A DNA stretch of 64,000 nucleotides from a virus (Duplodnaviria; Caudoviricetes). The notes under the pieces are model-generated. The model saw nothing but the letters and a program-made list of their open reading frames with translations. It was not told where the DNA came from and did not search any database. A program made the position numbers and the translations under genes. Positions 25,632 to 35,408 of this stretch are shown piece after piece; positions within the stretch are counted from its first letter, which is position 1, and each line of letters opens with the position of its first letter. Location: positions 32,001 to 96,000 of IMG/VR virus record IMGVR_UViG_3300026549_000051; one strand, given 5' to 3'.

Positions 25632-25904
25632 TTACGCTTTGATGCCTTCGTGCATCTCCTTAGCCTTGCGTATGGCTTCTTCTTTATCGTCGGCTCGCCA
25701 GATGTGGTAAAACTCCATACCTTGGTCGAGATAGTAACGGTCAAGGCTTCCATATGTGAGGTCATAATCTCGCATATCTGTTTTACGCCAGCCTTGTATG
25801 AGTTGCGTAATTAGCGCATGGGGTAGCTCGCAAGGGCTTGCGATATACTCCCAGTTATCTGTTACAGCCTGTTTGATGGCTACTACGATGTAAGATGTGT
25901 TCAT
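25632..25904 (-). CDS. First leftward early protein
   Basis: AAGGAG RBS, promoter upstream. Confidence 0.7.
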   Translation of the reverse strand: MNTSYIVVAIKQAVTDNWEYIASPCELPHALITQLIQGWRKTDMRDYDLTYGSLDRYYLDQGMEFYHIWRADDKEEAIRKAKEMHEGIKA

Positions 25905-25949
25905 TTTAAACTCCTTGATATTAATTTACTTGGTCGCCCCACTAATTAC

Positions 25950-25978
25950 ATGGTAGCACACTTTTAAAATATTTGCAA
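25950..25978 (-). promoter_or_regulatory. Sigma70-type early promoter
   Basis: TTGCAA-17-TACCAT with extended TG. Confidence 0.55.
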
Positions 25979-26252
25979 GCCTAAAATAACAGGGGTGGAT
26001 GCTATGATTTTTAAAAATCTTTTACGATTTTACGAGCTAAAATGCTAAAAAATTTAGCGATATTTTACGCCCATAATTTAGACGGGGCAGAGACCCCCAG
26101 GAGTATAGATATAACCCCTCGCCCCAGCGAGGGGTGGTTTGGGGTGTCATACCCCTTTCCGCCTTCTTTTCGCCTTCTTTATACCTCTTTTTATTATTAA
26201 TGCCCCCCTCTATAACCTTGACAACCCCTGCCATAAATATGTTGTAATATGG

Positions 26253-26505
26253 AAAAATATATGTCTAAATTTAGCTTAAGCTCAATAAAAATGGCCGATT
26301 TTGGCAAAAATATATGTCAAAATGTGCGAAATATATGTCAAAAATGGAGCATAAGCATGATGTTTTGGCATATATATTACAAAAGCTTATTGACAAGTCT
26401 GAAATTCGGTGTTCTGGCTAAATCCAATTTAGACATATATTTTTAAATTTAGACATATATATTCCGCAAAAAAGCATATATTTTACTATATATTTGCATA
26501 TATTT
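26253..26505. repeat. Iteron-like AATATATGTC array (putative replication origin)
   Basis: Three direct copies (near 26256, 26309, 26330), then inverted copies; perfect 19-bp IR 26253-26271/26426-26444; AT-rich; just upstream of the SF3 helicase. Confidence 0.7.
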
Positions 26506-26555
26506 GTCAACCCCCTCTCGGCCGTCTAATTCCGTGCCATATTCACATTTATGTG

Positions 26556-26586
26556 TTGACACCACAACCATCGGCCATGGTATAGT
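26556..26586 (+). promoter_or_regulatory. Rightward promoter for the replication operon
   Basis: TTGACA and TG-TATAGT (19-bp spacer). Confidence 0.5.
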
Positions 26587-26629
26587 GGAAGTATCAACAA
26601 CAAATAACATGCAGCGAAAGGAGAGAGGC

Positions 26630-26893
26630 ATGAAAAGTGAACTTAGCCAACGTATCAGCACATTAGAGGAGCTGAACGCGACACCAGAGCTGAGCGCTCA
26701 GATGGCGAACTATGAGATCAACATTCTAGCCATCACGGACAGTTATATATTATATGAGTTCTCATATATTAACGATGAGACCAAAATGAAAAAATGGGCG
26801 AAGCGGCTGGCGCCGCTGCAGGGGGGCATCACGAGTACATACGAGTATCTTATAAAGACTGTTAAACGTGAGCGCGAGGCGATGGGGCAGTAA
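26630..26893 (+). CDS. Hypothetical protein upstream of helicase
   Basis: Start MKSELSQ after AAGGAGAGAGG. Confidence 0.65.
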   Translation: MKSELSQRISTLEELNATPELSAQMANYEINILAITDSYILYEFSYINDETKMKKWAKRLAPLQGGITSTYEYLIKTVKREREAMGQ

Positions 26894-26894
26894 T

Positions 26895-28649
26895 ATGGAT
26901 GGTGCGGAGGTAGCGGCGGTCCCGATGGCCACCGTGAATGACTTACTGAATGCGGCGCCGGACTTGAAGATGAGCGCGGCGGACTGGACTCGGAAGCGGA
27001 CACTGGAGGCGGTGCGCAAACAATACGAGTTTATATATGTGGACGCGGCGAGGGCGGTGTATTATCGGCCGATGCCAGACGAGATGAACCCGGAGGAGGC
27101 GTTTAAGAGGCTGACGGACATAAGGGCGAGTCAGCTCATCGTGAGTATTTGCCGGAAGCTGTATCCACACAAGGTGATGGCGCCGAGGACCGTGACGGAG
27201 CTGAGTGATACAATTAGCCTATACACAGACCGGCACTTGGACCGGCTGAACGACAATATAATAAAGGTAGGAGCGGACATGTATTGGGACGAGGAGAAGG
27301 CCGCCTTGACCGAATTTCCGGATGGGGTGTGCATGCGTGAGCTGTTTGACGCCAGTTCTCTGGACGAGATTAAGCTGAACATACACGACATATCAACAGC
27401 GTATATGAGAGGGGTGTATAAGAAGACCCTTGCGCACTTAGAGAAGAATAACGGGAATATTACGCCGTGGGAGCTGTTGGGCCCCAAACAGCAGACAGAG
27501 ATGGGGTGCAGTATGTTGTCGCTGGACTCGGCTGCACTAGCGCCGTTTTGGGTGTGGGCGAATGAAGACCTGGACACCTTTAATGATCTGTTGAAGGCGA
27601 CTGCGTCTATTTTTATGCTCCACAAGCCGAAGGGGGCGTTTATCTTAATTGGGCGTACGCGCAATGGCAAATCGAGTTTCATTAAGATGCTCCATACCCT
27701 CCTAGGGCGGAATAATACCTCAGCGGTGAAACTGGCTGACCTCGAGGACCCCCATTTTGTATATGACCTTACTACTACTATGCTGAATGCGCCGGATGAA
27801 GATGACGAGGGAAAAGGGGCGGAGTTGAAACGCAGCCAGAGCTATTTCAAGTCTATATCTGCGCATGAGCCGATTCCACTGAAGCTGCTCTTCTCTTCTG
27901 AGCCAGTGAAAGTCTCGACTCAGTTCATGAGCTTTTATCCGATGAATAAGTTGCCGGAGTGGACTGGCAGTGGGAAAGAGGCATGTATGCGTCGCTCGTT
28001 AATTCTGATGTTCAACAATGACCTCAGTAAATTCGACAACAACGGTCGGAATTTCGAGAAGGAGACTTATACCGAGGCCTTCTATAGTGAGCTGTTGGGG
28101 GTTGTGCTAGCGATTGCGCATTACTATCGTGACAGACCGCTGGAGTTCTCGACTACGATGCAGGCGAATCGCGAGAGCGTATCTGAGGCGATTGACTCGG
28201 CCACGACCTACCTCAATTTGTTTGTTAAATACTTTAGCGGCTATCAGGTCACGCCACTAGTGGATGACTATGAGCTGTGGTGCGTGGAGAACGGATATCA
28301 GTATAACCGCAAGGAGTTGAAGCAGAAGCTCTTGACCGCCAATTCGCAGAAGAGCACGGCGTATTCTGACGGTGCTGTGCTTACCGTATACAAGTTCCCT
28401 GGCACGAAGGACAGCAAGTTGCCGAACTTTATGCCACAGTATATGGTGCCGGAGTTCAAGCGCTATGTGTCAGACATTATTAATACGGCGACTGTGGGGG
28501 TCGGGCCGAATAAGCAGCCGGCTCGCAGTGTGGTGGCTATGCTCGAGGAGTATTATGCGACCCACGATAACCCAAACGAGTTGCCTGAGCAGATGCAGTT
28601 CGAGGGGCCAGTGGTGGACGGCGACATCGAGGACTTAATCAATGAGTAG
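26895..28649 (+). CDS. D5-like SF3 helicase (no primase domain recognised)
   Basis: FILIGRTRNGKSSF Walker A, NAPDED Walker B, FYPMNKLP motif C, MRRSLI arginine finger. Confidence 0.85.
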   Translation: MDGAEVAAVPMATVNDLLNAAPDLKMSAADWTRKRTLEAVRKQYEFIYVDAARAVYYRPMPDEMNPEEAFKRLTDIRASQLIVSICRKLYPHKVMAPRTVTELSDTISLYTDRHLDRLNDNIIKVGADMYWDEEKAALTEFPDGVCMRELFDASSLDEIKLNIHDISTAYMRGVYKKTLAHLEKNNGNITPWELLGPKQQTEMGCSMLSLDSAALAPFWVWANEDLDTFNDLLKATASIFMLHKPKGAFILIGRTRNGKSSFIKMLHTLLGRNNTSAVKLADLEDPHFVYDLTTTMLNAPDEDDEGKGAELKRSQSYFKSISAHEPIPLKLLFSSEPVKVSTQFMSFYPMNKLPEWTGSGKEACMRRSLILMFNNDLSKFDNNGRNFEKETYTEAFYSELLGVVLAIAHYYRDRPLEFSTTMQANRESVSEAIDSATTYLNLFVKYFSGYQVTPLVDDYELWCVENGYQYNRKELKQKLLTANSQKSTAYSDGAVLTVYKFPGTKDSKLPNFMPQYMVPEFKRYVSDIINTATVGVGPNKQPARSVVAMLEEYYATHDNPNELPEQMQFEGPVVDGDIEDLINE

Positions 28650-29082
28650 TCTAGCTGATGCGATTATCCAGCAAAATGAGCGCAAGGGCGCTTCCCCTGA
28701 GGGGAATACTCCCGAGGGGTATTATCGTGACGACATGGGGTATTTAGTAGAAGAAGACCTCGTGGAGGATAAGGAGAGGTATGCGGAGTATGTGCTGCTT
28801 CGCATACTGAGGCTGCACCATAATATATATATGCGCTATGGGCGGCTGTACTGTGGGCACCACCTACTGGAGTGCAATATGCAGGAGGCGCTGGAGCTGG
28901 CGGACTCACCGAGGGTGAGGCTGAACCCTGGGCAGGTGGCGTGGATTTTTAACCGCCTGAGGGAGCTGGCGCCAGAGATAGACGAGACCAAGATCCTGAT
29001 TGCTGATGGGGTATACTGGGACATGGATAAGGCCGAGCTGGTCGATTTAGATGAATCAATTAAGTTAACAACCATGAGGTAG
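28642..29082 (+). CDS. Protein resembling the helicase N-terminal domain
   Basis: KILIADGVYWDMDKAELV vs helicase IIKVGADMYWDEEKAALT. Confidence 0.65.
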   Translation: MSSLADAIIQQNERKGASPEGNTPEGYYRDDMGYLVEEDLVEDKERYAEYVLLRILRLHHNIYMRYGRLYCGHHLLECNMQEALELADSPRVRLNPGQVAWIFNRLRELAPEIDETKILIADGVYWDMDKAELVDLDESIKLTTMR

Positions 29083-29085
29083 GAA

Positions 29086-29379
29086 ATGTTGGAGAGAGAT
29101 TTTAAGAAGAATTTTCAGAAGAGACTAAAGAAAGAAGTGAAGCCGTTGGCGATTTTACAATATAAACAGGACGCCACGACAGTTGCTGGCTTTCCTGATA
29201 CCCTGGTGATACTTGAAGGTATAACGATTTTTATAGAGTACAAAAAGAGCAAGACGGCTAAATTCCGTCCCGGGCAGAAGGAGTGGAATGCGAAACTCAA
29301 TGAGAATGGTCACTTTGCCTTTATCTGTTACCCGGAGAACGCAGATAAGATTATCGAGGAGATAAAGAGGATAGCATGA
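29086..29379 (+). CDS. VRR-NUC nuclease (Holliday junction resolvase-like)
   Basis: MLERDF..AGFPD..FIEYK..RPGQKEW PD-(D/E)xK pattern. Confidence 0.85.
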   Translation: MLERDFKKNFQKRLKKEVKPLAILQYKQDATTVAGFPDTLVILEGITIFIEYKKSKTAKFRPGQKEWNAKLNENGHFAFICYPENADKIIEEIKRIA

Positions 29380-29648
29380 AATATATTATCAGATGCACAT
29401 GTGGGGGCGTGAAGACTAAGATGGAGGCAGCGATGCAGCTGATTGCCCCGGGGGAGCCACTCCCCCCGGAGGTGAAAGGCGGCGACGCCATGAGAAAACT
29501 GGCGGAGAAGTGGCCAAACACTAACTTCGGTAATCATCTATTGGTGCTTGCGAAGAAACATGGGCGCTACTGCTATTATGTTGAGATAACTGATAAGGGC
29601 GACATTAAGGATATGCGCGACCTGATGACTGGCAGGAGGATGTACTAA
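29376..29648 (+). CDS. Hypothetical protein (CxCG)
   Basis: ATGA overlap. Confidence 0.6.
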   Translation: MKYIIRCTCGGVKTKMEAAMQLIAPGEPLPPEVKGGDAMRKLAEKWPNTNFGNHLLVLAKKHGRYCYYVEITDKGDIKDMRDLMTGRRMY

Positions 29649-29956
29649 TGTTGAAGGCGGTGTCATGCCAGTGTGGCAGTAGCGACAATCTGATACGGGG
29701 GAAGCTGGCGAAGTTCCACTGTAGCCAGGCGCTGACCATTCCGATCATCAAGGGGAAAGAGAAATCTCTCTCGGCATTAAATACGCTTCCGCAATTCCCA
29801 GAAGTCTCAGGCTTACGGCTACATATCGAGGCTCACTCGAAGTGGGCTATTATTATTGGCTATGACGATGAGCGTCTGAAGTGGGTGGATTTAGCGAACG
29901 GGTCTTATCTTAAAAATGACGTGGACGCTGAACTCCTGCTAACACATTTTGCATAA
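29648..29956 (+). CDS. Hypothetical protein (CxCG)
   Basis: TAATG overlap, AGGAGG RBS. Confidence 0.6.
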   Translation: MLKAVSCQCGSSDNLIRGKLAKFHCSQALTIPIIKGKEKSLSALNTLPQFPEVSGLRLHIEAHSKWAIIIGYDDERLKWVDLANGSYLKNDVDAELLLTHFA

Positions 29957-30003
29957 AAAATTTAATTATTATACTATGTAATTAGCAATAAGGAGGGAAA
30001 TCC

Positions 30004-30438
30004 ATGCAACCAACTTTACCAAATGGCTTCATTACAATAGAAGAAGCAGTGAAGCTCATTCAGTCCGATACGCGCTCGGACGCAAAAGTAGATACCAGCT
30101 GGCTAGTCAGACATATTGACTGGGTGGAAGAGGCACATAATTTCCGTATTCCACTCATGAAAACTACTAGCGATAAGAAGGTCGTAGGCATCGGTTCTAA
30201 GTATGTCGCCGTCATGACTTCTTATGATAAAGAGGTCTTAAAGAAGGCTATTCGTGACCATTACCGTGATATGGTCGGTCATGAATATGACGCGCCTGTA
30301 ACGAAGGCTGTCTCAACCGTCGCTGATGAAGAGCAGACAGGTGGCAACGTTCGCCCACGCAAGAGCAAATCGATTGCGAAAGAGGGTGCCGTTATCGGTA
30401 CTGGTGAGACTATTAAGACTAATGGTGCTGACTTATAA
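30004..30438 (+). CDS. Hypothetical protein
   Basis: AAGGAGG RBS. Confidence 0.7.
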   Translation: MQPTLPNGFITIEEAVKLIQSDTRSDAKVDTSWLVRHIDWVEEAHNFRIPLMKTTSDKKVVGIGSKYVAVMTSYDKEVLKKAIRDHYRDMVGHEYDAPVTKAVSTVADEEQTGGNVRPRKSKSIAKEGAVIGTGETIKTNGADL

Positions 30439-30650
30439 TGGAAAACCTAGAGTATCTAAAGGGGCTGATTAAGCGCATAGAGGACTCGGTTAAAATTGTT
30501 AAAAAGGCAGAATCGCCAGACCAGATATCCGAGCAGGAGCGCTTAACCCACCCTGTATTAAAAGAAATGCAGATGGTCACGCCTAGGGTGTGGGATGACT
30601 ATATCCGTGTAACCCGTGACCGACGCAGAGAAATTGCGGAAGGTAAATAA
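30438..30650 (+). CDS. Hypothetical protein
   Basis: TAATG coupling. Confidence 0.65.
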   Translation: MENLEYLKGLIKRIEDSVKIVKKAESPDQISEQERLTHPVLKEMQMVTPRVWDDYIRVTRDRRREIAEGK

Positions 30651-30913
30651 TGGACGGAGAGGTGATTGAGGCCAAGGTCAGAGACCATGCCACTATAGAG
30701 GATGTTAACGTCCATCTCCTAGACAAGCTCGATGAGTTGATTGACGATATCAATCCGAAGGATGCTGATATGGTGCGCGCTTTAACTGAGAGCGTCGCGA
30801 AGCTCAACGCCTCTCTCAAGGGGAATAATATCTTTACCCCTCAAGAAACCGAAGAAGAGAGAAGGGAGCGTGAGGCTCAAGAGGCGATTCTCGGTGCAAT
30901 GAAAGGAGAATAG
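30650..30913 (+). CDS. Candidate terminase small subunit
   Basis: 87-aa helical protein coupled to the large subunit; positional inference only. Confidence 0.4.
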   Translation: MDGEVIEAKVRDHATIEDVNVHLLDKLDELIDDINPKDADMVRALTESVAKLNASLKGNNIFTPQETEEERREREAQEAILGAMKGE

Positions 30914-32625
30914 TGGGAAAGCTCCTACTTAATGACTATCAAGACGATAATATCTTAACTAATGACCAGATAAAGAAGGCTTTGTCTGGTGATTTTGATG
31001 GGTTTAAGTATTTCTTCGAGAACTGTATTCTCATCCAAGACCGCGATACCCGTCAGTTTATCCACCCGAAGATGAATAAGGGGCAGGAGATGATTGCCCG
31101 TACGATTCTGGGGTATGTGGATAAAAACAGTCGAGCTACTGTGCACAAGGAGTGCGTAATCTTGGGGCCCCGTCAGTTCGGTAAATCTACTCTGCTGACA
31201 GCGATCGCTAACTATATTGTGGCTTATGTGGCTGGGATGGAGAACCTTAACGTCGTGCATACGATGCACCAGGCGACTGCGGCAGCCAAATACTTCAAGC
31301 AGAAGATTGCCCCGATTGTGACGAGTGTTCATCCGTCTATTTTCCCGACAATCGAGCGCGATACTCTCGGCACCTCTACTCTATTGAAATATAAAGACGT
31401 CAAAGGGATTCGTCGTGGCGGATATTACGAGGTTACGTCGGCGGGCTCTAACTCTGTCCGTTCCGGCACTGTATCAGTCTGGCTTTGTGACGAGCCGTCT
31501 GAATACCGTAATCCGGGGGCAGTTGAGGACTCTGTGTCTGGTGCTATCTCTAGCTATGGCTGGTCGTTCACTGCATATATCGGTACTTTCTCTGACCGCT
31601 TGACGGAGTATTTCTTGAATAAAATCCAGACCGCACTTGATAACCCAGAAGAGATGGAGCTCGTGTTTATTCCGTGGTTTTTGGTGTATGGGCGCAAGGG
31701 AGATGGAGCTGGCCTAACAGAGGCTAGCTACACTGACTATGACAAAGAGGTCGTCATCCCAGAGATGCAGAAGTACGGGATACCGAGAGAAGAGTGGCAC
31801 GACAAGATTGGCTGGTACCATCGTCGTGCGCTTCGTACCTCGAAGATGAAGTTTGAGTTCCCGACGTCGATCGAGGATATCTTAGCTTTAACCGCCGATC
31901 GGTCGGTGTTCAATAAGGACTCTCTTGATAAACAGGAGAAGAACATCATCGCAGGTGGGACTTATAGAATCGTTACAGACAATCAGACTGGAAAGGTTGA
32001 GGCTCAGCTTACGGATGTCTCGCCGTTCATCATCTACAAGCCTCCAATTTATGGGCACAAATATCGTATTGCGATTGACCCGATTACAGCTCGTTCAGAA
32101 GAGAGCGATAATTTCGCGATGCACGTTATGGACCTAGCGACACATGAGCAGGTGGCAACCTTTACGGAGAGAGGTCTCCCCGATGAGGACTATGCTGACT
32201 GGGCGGTGAGTATCGGGACTATATACAACAAGGCCGACTTATGCCCAGAGATTAACGTGGCCAATGGGTTCATCGTGGCGGTAAATGCTAGGAAATATTA
32301 CCACTGGTATTACGAGGACAAGAAGGCGAGAGCCGAGCGTATTCCGGGGCTTCGTACCTCTGTGGCTACGAAGGAGAGGATGATTGATGCTCTTTCCTCC
32401 CTCTTAGACCGTGAGGCGATTATTATTCATGACGAGAATACCCTGAGTGAGCTTCGCACGATGGTGAAGCATGTCAAAACTCGTGCCGACGGGACGAAGT
32501 CTCTTCGTATGGCGGCCAAGGGCAAGTGCCACGACGATAGGGTGATGGCCTTGGTTATTTACGCCGGTAGCTTAAACCAGCGTGAGCTCGAGCGTGGCAA
32601 GCGCAGCGGTTGGGCAATTTTGTAG
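30913..32625 (+). CDS. terL: Terminase large subunit
   Basis: GPRQFGKST Walker A, WLCDE Walker B, IAIDP and HDDRVMA RNase H-like nuclease motifs. Confidence 0.92.
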   Translation: MGKLLLNDYQDDNILTNDQIKKALSGDFDGFKYFFENCILIQDRDTRQFIHPKMNKGQEMIARTILGYVDKNSRATVHKECVILGPRQFGKSTLLTAIANYIVAYVAGMENLNVVHTMHQATAAAKYFKQKIAPIVTSVHPSIFPTIERDTLGTSTLLKYKDVKGIRRGGYYEVTSAGSNSVRSGTVSVWLCDEPSEYRNPGAVEDSVSGAISSYGWSFTAYIGTFSDRLTEYFLNKIQTALDNPEEMELVFIPWFLVYGRKGDGAGLTEASYTDYDKEVVIPEMQKYGIPREEWHDKIGWYHRRALRTSKMKFEFPTSIEDILALTADRSVFNKDSLDKQEKNIIAGGTYRIVTDNQTGKVEAQLTDVSPFIIYKPPIYGHKYRIAIDPITARSEESDNFAMHVMDLATHEQVATFTERGLPDEDYADWAVSIGTIYNKADLCPEINVANGFIVAVNARKYYHWYYEDKKARAERIPGLRTSVATKERMIDALSSLLDREAIIIHDENTLSELRTMVKHVKTRADGTKSLRMAAKGKCHDDRVMALVIYAGSLNQRELERGKRSGWAIL

Positions 32626-32845
32626 ACATTATTTTTTCCGTTTTATCAACAGTAGTATGTTTTACTGAAATTAAGTCTGGCACCTTTAATAGACCAAGTT
32701 GTGCTGTGCCCGGTGAGCTGCAAACTCACAGAGCCAACGGTGCGAGGAGGCCGATTAACTGGAGCAACTAAGGATTAGACGGTTTGCACCCGCCGAATTG
32801 TAGTAGACGTAAACATATTAATTTTAATAAAAAAGGATTTTTTCT

Positions 32846-34012
32846 ATGGCTACCGAGTATACCACTTATACTCAAACCACCGTTGGTACTCCAACCCAGC
32901 CATCGACGACTTCCGTTTTCGATTACGATATTCAATTCCCTCTTTATCGTGAAATCGTAAAGCGCGACCTTATCGATGAGCCTGAGATCAACAAACAGCT
33001 TAACTCTGCTCGTTCTTTCTTCACCGGCCAAACCATGATTGACGCTGGTACTCTCCTTCAAAATCTTAAATACGGTCAAGAACTTATTGTAAACATTCGC
33101 AAAGACCAAAACCCATTCTCTCTCTTCCAAAAGAAAGAGTTGAAATATGCGGCAAATGGCGAAGACGAATGTCATGACCACATTGTTCTCGACTGTGAAG
33201 TTCCTTGCATCAACACATTGCCAACCTTTGAGCAACTTCGCTTCCGCTTTGACTGCGAATATGCTTACGGTGTCCGCATGTGCGACAAGAACAAAGACTT
33301 CTGGGATACTGCCTTCTTCACTCGTCAGTATGCCCTTTCAAAAGCTGCTTACCAGTTCGGCCGTGAAGTAGACCTCTGGAACAAGGTTATTGATGGTCTT
33401 ATTGCTGCTCCAGCAACGACTGTCGATGCTAAGATTGCTGCCGTCCACCCAACCCACTACTGGGAAAACCAGGGTACGGTTACTGCTAACGCTCGCTGCG
33501 TAGTTCCAGAAGCTCTCTACTACTTGAGCCACGCTTACATGAACATTAACCCAACCGTCTTCATCTCCGATGAATTCGCTACCGAGTTAATCAAGAGCGT
33601 TGAGACTATCTACAACCTCAACTTCCAACCAACTCGCGTTAACACCTACGAAGAGTGGCACTTGCCTGGCTTCCAGCTCGCTCCACGCGTCAAGGAAATC
33701 CTCGGCATTTCTGCTCCAGTAGTCGTCATCGAACGCAGCCCATGGTTGACTGTTGGTACCGCCGGCGAAGGTACAACTACCTTCACCACCCAGTATCCAC
33801 TCTGGAATTCTGACGCTACCAAGCAGTATGTTGCTATTCTCGACCCACGCGTCGGCTATAGCTTCGAGAAGGAAGGCTACCACCTAGACATCAAGCCATA
33901 CGATTGCGATAAGCTCTACGTTGGCATGATTGATACTGTCTATGTTGGTACTGGTATCACATTTCCTGTGTTTGGCTTGATCATCGAATTCGATCCATTC
34001 ACCTATTGCTAA
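32846..34012 (+). CDS. Putative major capsid protein
   Basis: 388 aa, strongly biased codon usage, long leader, strong terminator, follows terL. Confidence 0.6.
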   Translation: MATEYTTYTQTTVGTPTQPSTTSVFDYDIQFPLYREIVKRDLIDEPEINKQLNSARSFFTGQTMIDAGTLLQNLKYGQELIVNIRKDQNPFSLFQKKELKYAANGEDECHDHIVLDCEVPCINTLPTFEQLRFRFDCEYAYGVRMCDKNKDFWDTAFFTRQYALSKAAYQFGREVDLWNKVIDGLIAAPATTVDAKIAAVHPTHYWENQGTVTANARCVVPEALYYLSHAYMNINPTVFISDEFATELIKSVETIYNLNFQPTRVNTYEEWHLPGFQLAPRVKEILGISAPVVVIERSPWLTVGTAGEGTTTFTTQYPLWNSDATKQYVAILDPRVGYSFEKEGYHLDIKPYDCDKLYVGMIDTVYVGTGITFPVFGLIIEFDPFTYC

Positions 34013-34034
34013 TTCCGGGAAGTCTTAGCGCAAT

Positions 34035-34057
34035 AAACCTCCTTCGGGAGGTTTTTT
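34035..34057 (+). terminator. Intrinsic terminator
   Basis: AAACCTCC-TTCG-GGAGGTTTTTT. Confidence 0.9.
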
Positions 34058-34199
34058 GTTGTACAATACGAGAAGCTCTTACCCACTCAAGAGCTCAATT
34101 CCCGCCGCGGATTTCCCGTGCGCGGGTTTTTGTTTTTCTATAATTTAATTAGACGTAAGTCGCACATTCGAGTCGTTGCTCAGATAAGGGGGTGTTATT

Positions 34200-34574
34200 A
34201 TGAGCAAGAAAAGGAAGAGGAGAAATCGTGTAAGAATTCCGCCTGTCACTACGAGAGACCGTCACCATATCTGCTATCAGGGGAGATATTGGAGCTGTGG
34301 TTATGCCAAGGCTATCCGCAACGCCTTTGTCCGCCCCGTGCCAGTTGTGTGGCATCGTGAGCTTCATTCTAAGCTCAGCACTGTGCCCGTACCTGACGGC
34401 TCGCTTCTAAAGCAGGCTTGGTTCGAGTATCAGAAGAACGCCGAGATTATCGACTCTATGGGAGTCTGCCAGGCTATCGCTTGGCTGTATGTTCATATCC
34501 CCGACGTTGAGTTTAGAAAGGCTATGCAGTATCAGTTGGACTTTTTCGCATCGAAGTACGAGGAGACCGTCTAA
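34200..34574 (+). CDS. Hypothetical protein (His motifs)
   Basis: DRHHICY..WHRELH; terminator overlaps the stop. Confidence 0.65.
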   Translation: MSKKRKRRNRVRIPPVTTRDRHHICYQGRYWSCGYAKAIRNAFVRPVPVVWHRELHSKLSTVPVPDGSLLKQAWFEYQKNAEIIDSMGVCQAIAWLYVHIPDVEFRKAMQYQLDFFASKYEETV

Positions 34575-34647
34575 CTCAGGCGGTCTTTTTCCCCCTGCTA
34601 TATTTTCATGTCGCTAGCCGTGCTATAATAAAGAAAAAGGAGGAAAT

Positions 34648-35103
34648 ATGCCGGGAGGATACAGTGGGCTTTATCCAAGCTTAAACGGACAGAAGCCGCC
34701 GAAAACTTTTGAAGAGAAAGTAGTTGAATGGGGAGGAACAAAGAGCATATCTTTGGCTTATGAGATATGTGACGACCTATATTATGGTCTATTTGAAAAC
34801 GACTTAGATGCCGAAGAACTTATCGCAGATGTTATGCTGTGGGGCAGAGAGAAGAAGCTCAATGACCCGAAGGCTCAGCTTAATAAAGTCATTGAAGAGG
34901 TCGGAGAAATCGCCCATGAGATTACGCGCAATAACTACGATTCAGACGAACTAGAGGATGCAATTGGCGACTCGATGGTGACGCTCATTATCCTCGCAGA
35001 CATTCTCGGAATGAACCCCGTCGAGTGTTTAGATGAGGCTTATCGCGCTATTAGGCACCGCAAAGGTAGCACCAAGGAAGGTACTTTCGTAAAGGAGCAG
35101 TAG
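34648..35103 (+). CDS. MazG-like nucleotide pyrophosphohydrolase with N-terminal extension
   Basis: QLNKVIEEVGEIA..DAIGDSMVTLIILA..AY..I..RKG..GTFVKE. Confidence 0.85.
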   Translation: MPGGYSGLYPSLNGQKPPKTFEEKVVEWGGTKSISLAYEICDDLYYGLFENDLDAEELIADVMLWGREKKLNDPKAQLNKVIEEVGEIAHEITRNNYDSDELEDAIGDSMVTLIILADILGMNPVECLDEAYRAIRHRKGSTKEGTFVKEQ

Positions 35104-35379
35104 GTGAGTTTGTTTTATGAGAGCTTAGACAAGCAGACAGCCTTTAACTTTAAGGCTCGCAAAAAAGCTTTCAAGAAGAACAAGCCATGTGCTATCTGCG
35201 GGCGGAAGTTATCGAGCGATAAGATGATGGTTGCACATATCAACCCAGTGAAGAAGTTAAGCGATTTTGATGCGCTTTATGATATATCTAATTGGGAAGT
35301 GAGATGTTTAGACTGCGAGAGAAGAAAGAATATTGAAGAGAAGAATATGGAGAGAAAAAATGCCGTGGATTCAGATTGA
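35104..35379 (+). CDS. HNH endonuclease-like protein
   Basis: CAICG..VAHINP..NWEVRCLDC. Confidence 0.7.
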   Translation: MSLFYESLDKQTAFNFKARKKAFKKNKPCAICGRKLSSDKMMVAHINPVKKLSDFDALYDISNWEVRCLDCERRKNIEEKNMERKNAVDSD

Positions 35380-35408
35380 TGGCGAATGGTATGTAAAGAC
35401 GGAGGAAG

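Noticed and set aside
26037-26661. ORFs 26037-26234, 26249-26446 and 26449-26661
   Set aside because: They are translations of repeat or low-complexity origin DNA with no RBS.
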